In this document: positions 62,045 through 64,000 of the stretch, piece by piece
How the letters are laid out: the number at the start of each line of letters is the position of its first letter
Numbering within the stretch: position 1 is the first letter of the stretch
NCBI GenBank assembly: GCA_030390025.1
Contig: CM059432.1
Span: 65,846,001-65,910,000 of the forward strand
Source: Squalus acanthias
Taxonomy: Eukaryota
Reading direction: 5' to 3'
DNA: 64,000 nucleotides
The notes under the pieces: model-generated
What the model was told of the DNA's origin: nothing
Databases searched by the model: none
What the model saw: only the letters and a program-made list of their open reading frames with translations
Made by a program: the position numbers and the translations under genes

Positions 62045-62370
62045 ACCTTAAACCTTATGGTCACTGCTCTCGAGGAGCTCACCCACATTTAACTCACCTA
62101 CTTGATCTATTTTGTTACTCATAACTAGATCTAGCAGCACCTTGTAGGTATACGAACATATCGCTTGAGGAAGGAGTTTTGCACACATTTTAGGAATTCC
62201 ATTCCTTTTTTTCCCCATTTCCTCCCTCCCTCTCCCAATCAATGAATGGACAATTAAAATCTCCTACAACAATGTTTTATTATACCTACTCAATTCCCTG
62301 ATCTGTTTGCAGATCGCCTCTTCCATTTTCCTCCCACAATTCGAAGGTTTACAGTACAATTAATTCATAA
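62045..62370 (-). mobile_element. CR1 AP-endonuclease fragment
   Basis: LLDLVMSN...V.ELNVGE.L..SDH motif. Confidence 0.6.
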
Positions 62371-62389
62371 TTCTCAACAAATATACATT

Positions 62390-63839
62390 CCGTTGAGGAA
62401 TAAAAACTCCACTGGAAAAGTGGTACAACCATGGCTAAGTAAAGAAGTTAAGGATAGTATTAGATTAAAAGAAGAGGCTTACAATGTTGCCAAAAATGTA
62501 AGCCTGAGGATTGTGAGGATTTAAAAATAGCAAAGGATGACCAAGAAATTGATAAAGAGGGAGAAAATAGAATATGAGCGTAAACTAGCAAGAAATATAA
62601 AAACAGATTGTAAGAGCTTTTACAAGTATGTAAAAAGGAAGAGATTAACTAAAGTAAACGTGGGTCTCTTACAGAGACAGGAAAATTATAATGGGGAATA
62701 AGGAAATGGCAGAGACATTAAACAAATATTTTGTGTCGGTCTTCGCAGTATAAGACACAAAGAACATATCGGAAATTGTGGGGAACCAAGCGACTAATGA
62801 GAGTGAGGAATTAAAGTAAGTAGTTTTAGTAAAGAAAAAGTACTGGAGAAATTAATGGGACTAAAAGCCGACAAAGCCCCTGGACCTGATGGCCTACACA
62901 CTAGGGTTTTAAAAGAGGTGGCTGCAGAGATAGTGGATGCATTGGTTTTGATCTTCCAGAATTCACTAGATTCTAGAATGGTCCCCGTGGGTTGGAAGTT
63001 AGCAAATGTAACACCGCTGTTCAAGAAAGCAGGGAAATTGCAAACAGAGACCTACAGGCCAGTTAGCTTGACATCTGTAGCAGGAAAATGCTGGAATCTA
63101 TTATTAAAGACGTGGTAACAGGGCACTTGGAAAATCACAATATGATTGGGCAGAGTCAACACGGTTCTGTGAAAGGGAAATCGTGTTTGACAAATCTGTT
63201 AGAGTTTTTTGAGGGTGTAACTAGCAGAATAGATAAGGGGGAATAAGTGGATGTAGCGTATTTGGATTTTCAAACAGCATTCGATAAGGTGCCACACAAG
63301 ATGTTGTGACACAAGATTAGGGCTCATGGTATTGGGGGTAATATATTAGCATGGATGAAGATTAGTTAACAGACAGAATACAGAGAGTAGTGATAAACGG
63401 GCCATTTTCAGGATGGCAGGCTGTAACTAGTGGAGTGCCACAAGGATCAGTGCTTGGGCCTCAGCTGCTTACAATCTATGTCAATGACTTAGATGAGGGA
63501 ACTGCATATAATGTATCCAAGTTTGCTGATGATACAAAGCTAGGAGGGAAAATAAGCTGTAAGGAGGATGTCAAGAGGCTGCAAAGGGATATTGACTGGT
63601 TAAGTGATCGGGCAAGAAGGTGGCAGATGGAGTATAATGTGGGGAAATGTGAAATTATCCACTTTGGTAGGAAGAATAGAAAAGCAGAATATTTTTTAAA
63701 AGGTGAGAGACGAGTAAATGTTGATGTGAAGAGTGTTTTGGGGGTCCTTATACATGAAGTACAGAAAGTTAACATGCAGGTACAGCAAGCAATTAGGAAG
63801 GCAAATGTTTTGTTAGACTTCAATGCAAGGGGGTTGGAG
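62390..63839 (+). mobile_element. Degenerate CR1 ORF2 interrupted by LTR A
   Basis: KAPGPDG; YRPVSLTS; GVPQGSVLGP; SKFADD. Confidence 0.88.
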
Positions 63840-64000
63840 TGTGAAGGAATAGCCATATTCAGAAAAATACACCATCCTATGAACAGAATTCTAGCCTTAT
63901 TAAACATGACAAACTGGGTTTAAAAATCTAAAAGCCTCAACGACACAAAGCTATAAACACCATACAGGCTTTTGAGATAAGATGGGTTGTTGACACTGAA
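63840..64000 (+). mobile_element. LTR family A copy 3 (5' end; runs off the window)
   Basis: First 113 nt identical to the reverse complement of 42743-42855. Confidence 0.88.

Overview
Eukaryotic, vertebrate, transposon-dense DNA with no complete host gene and no prokaryotic features. The SacSINE1-like Deu-SINEs, HER1-like CR1 LINEs and Penelope elements suggest a cartilaginous fish (inference). Most of the window is nested mobile elements: CR1-group, L2 and RTE LINEs, SINEs, Penelope fragments with minimal hammerhead ribozymes, solo LTRs and about 20 PIF/Harbinger elements or derivatives. The centrepiece is an apparently intact Harbinger (38060-42296) with a 381-aa DDE transposase and a convergent three-exon 448-aa Myb/SANT gene, nested in a young solo LTR. 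Other highlights: two different Harbingers inserted within 2 bp of the same site in two copies of that LTR; Myb-retaining Harbingers sharing one internal transposase deletion; non-coding Harbinger MITEs with clustered splice donors, an acceptor and hairpin arrays; and a possible ATG-only host exon at ~14165. Family names come from motif recognition, not database searches. Boundaries of degenerate elements are approximate.
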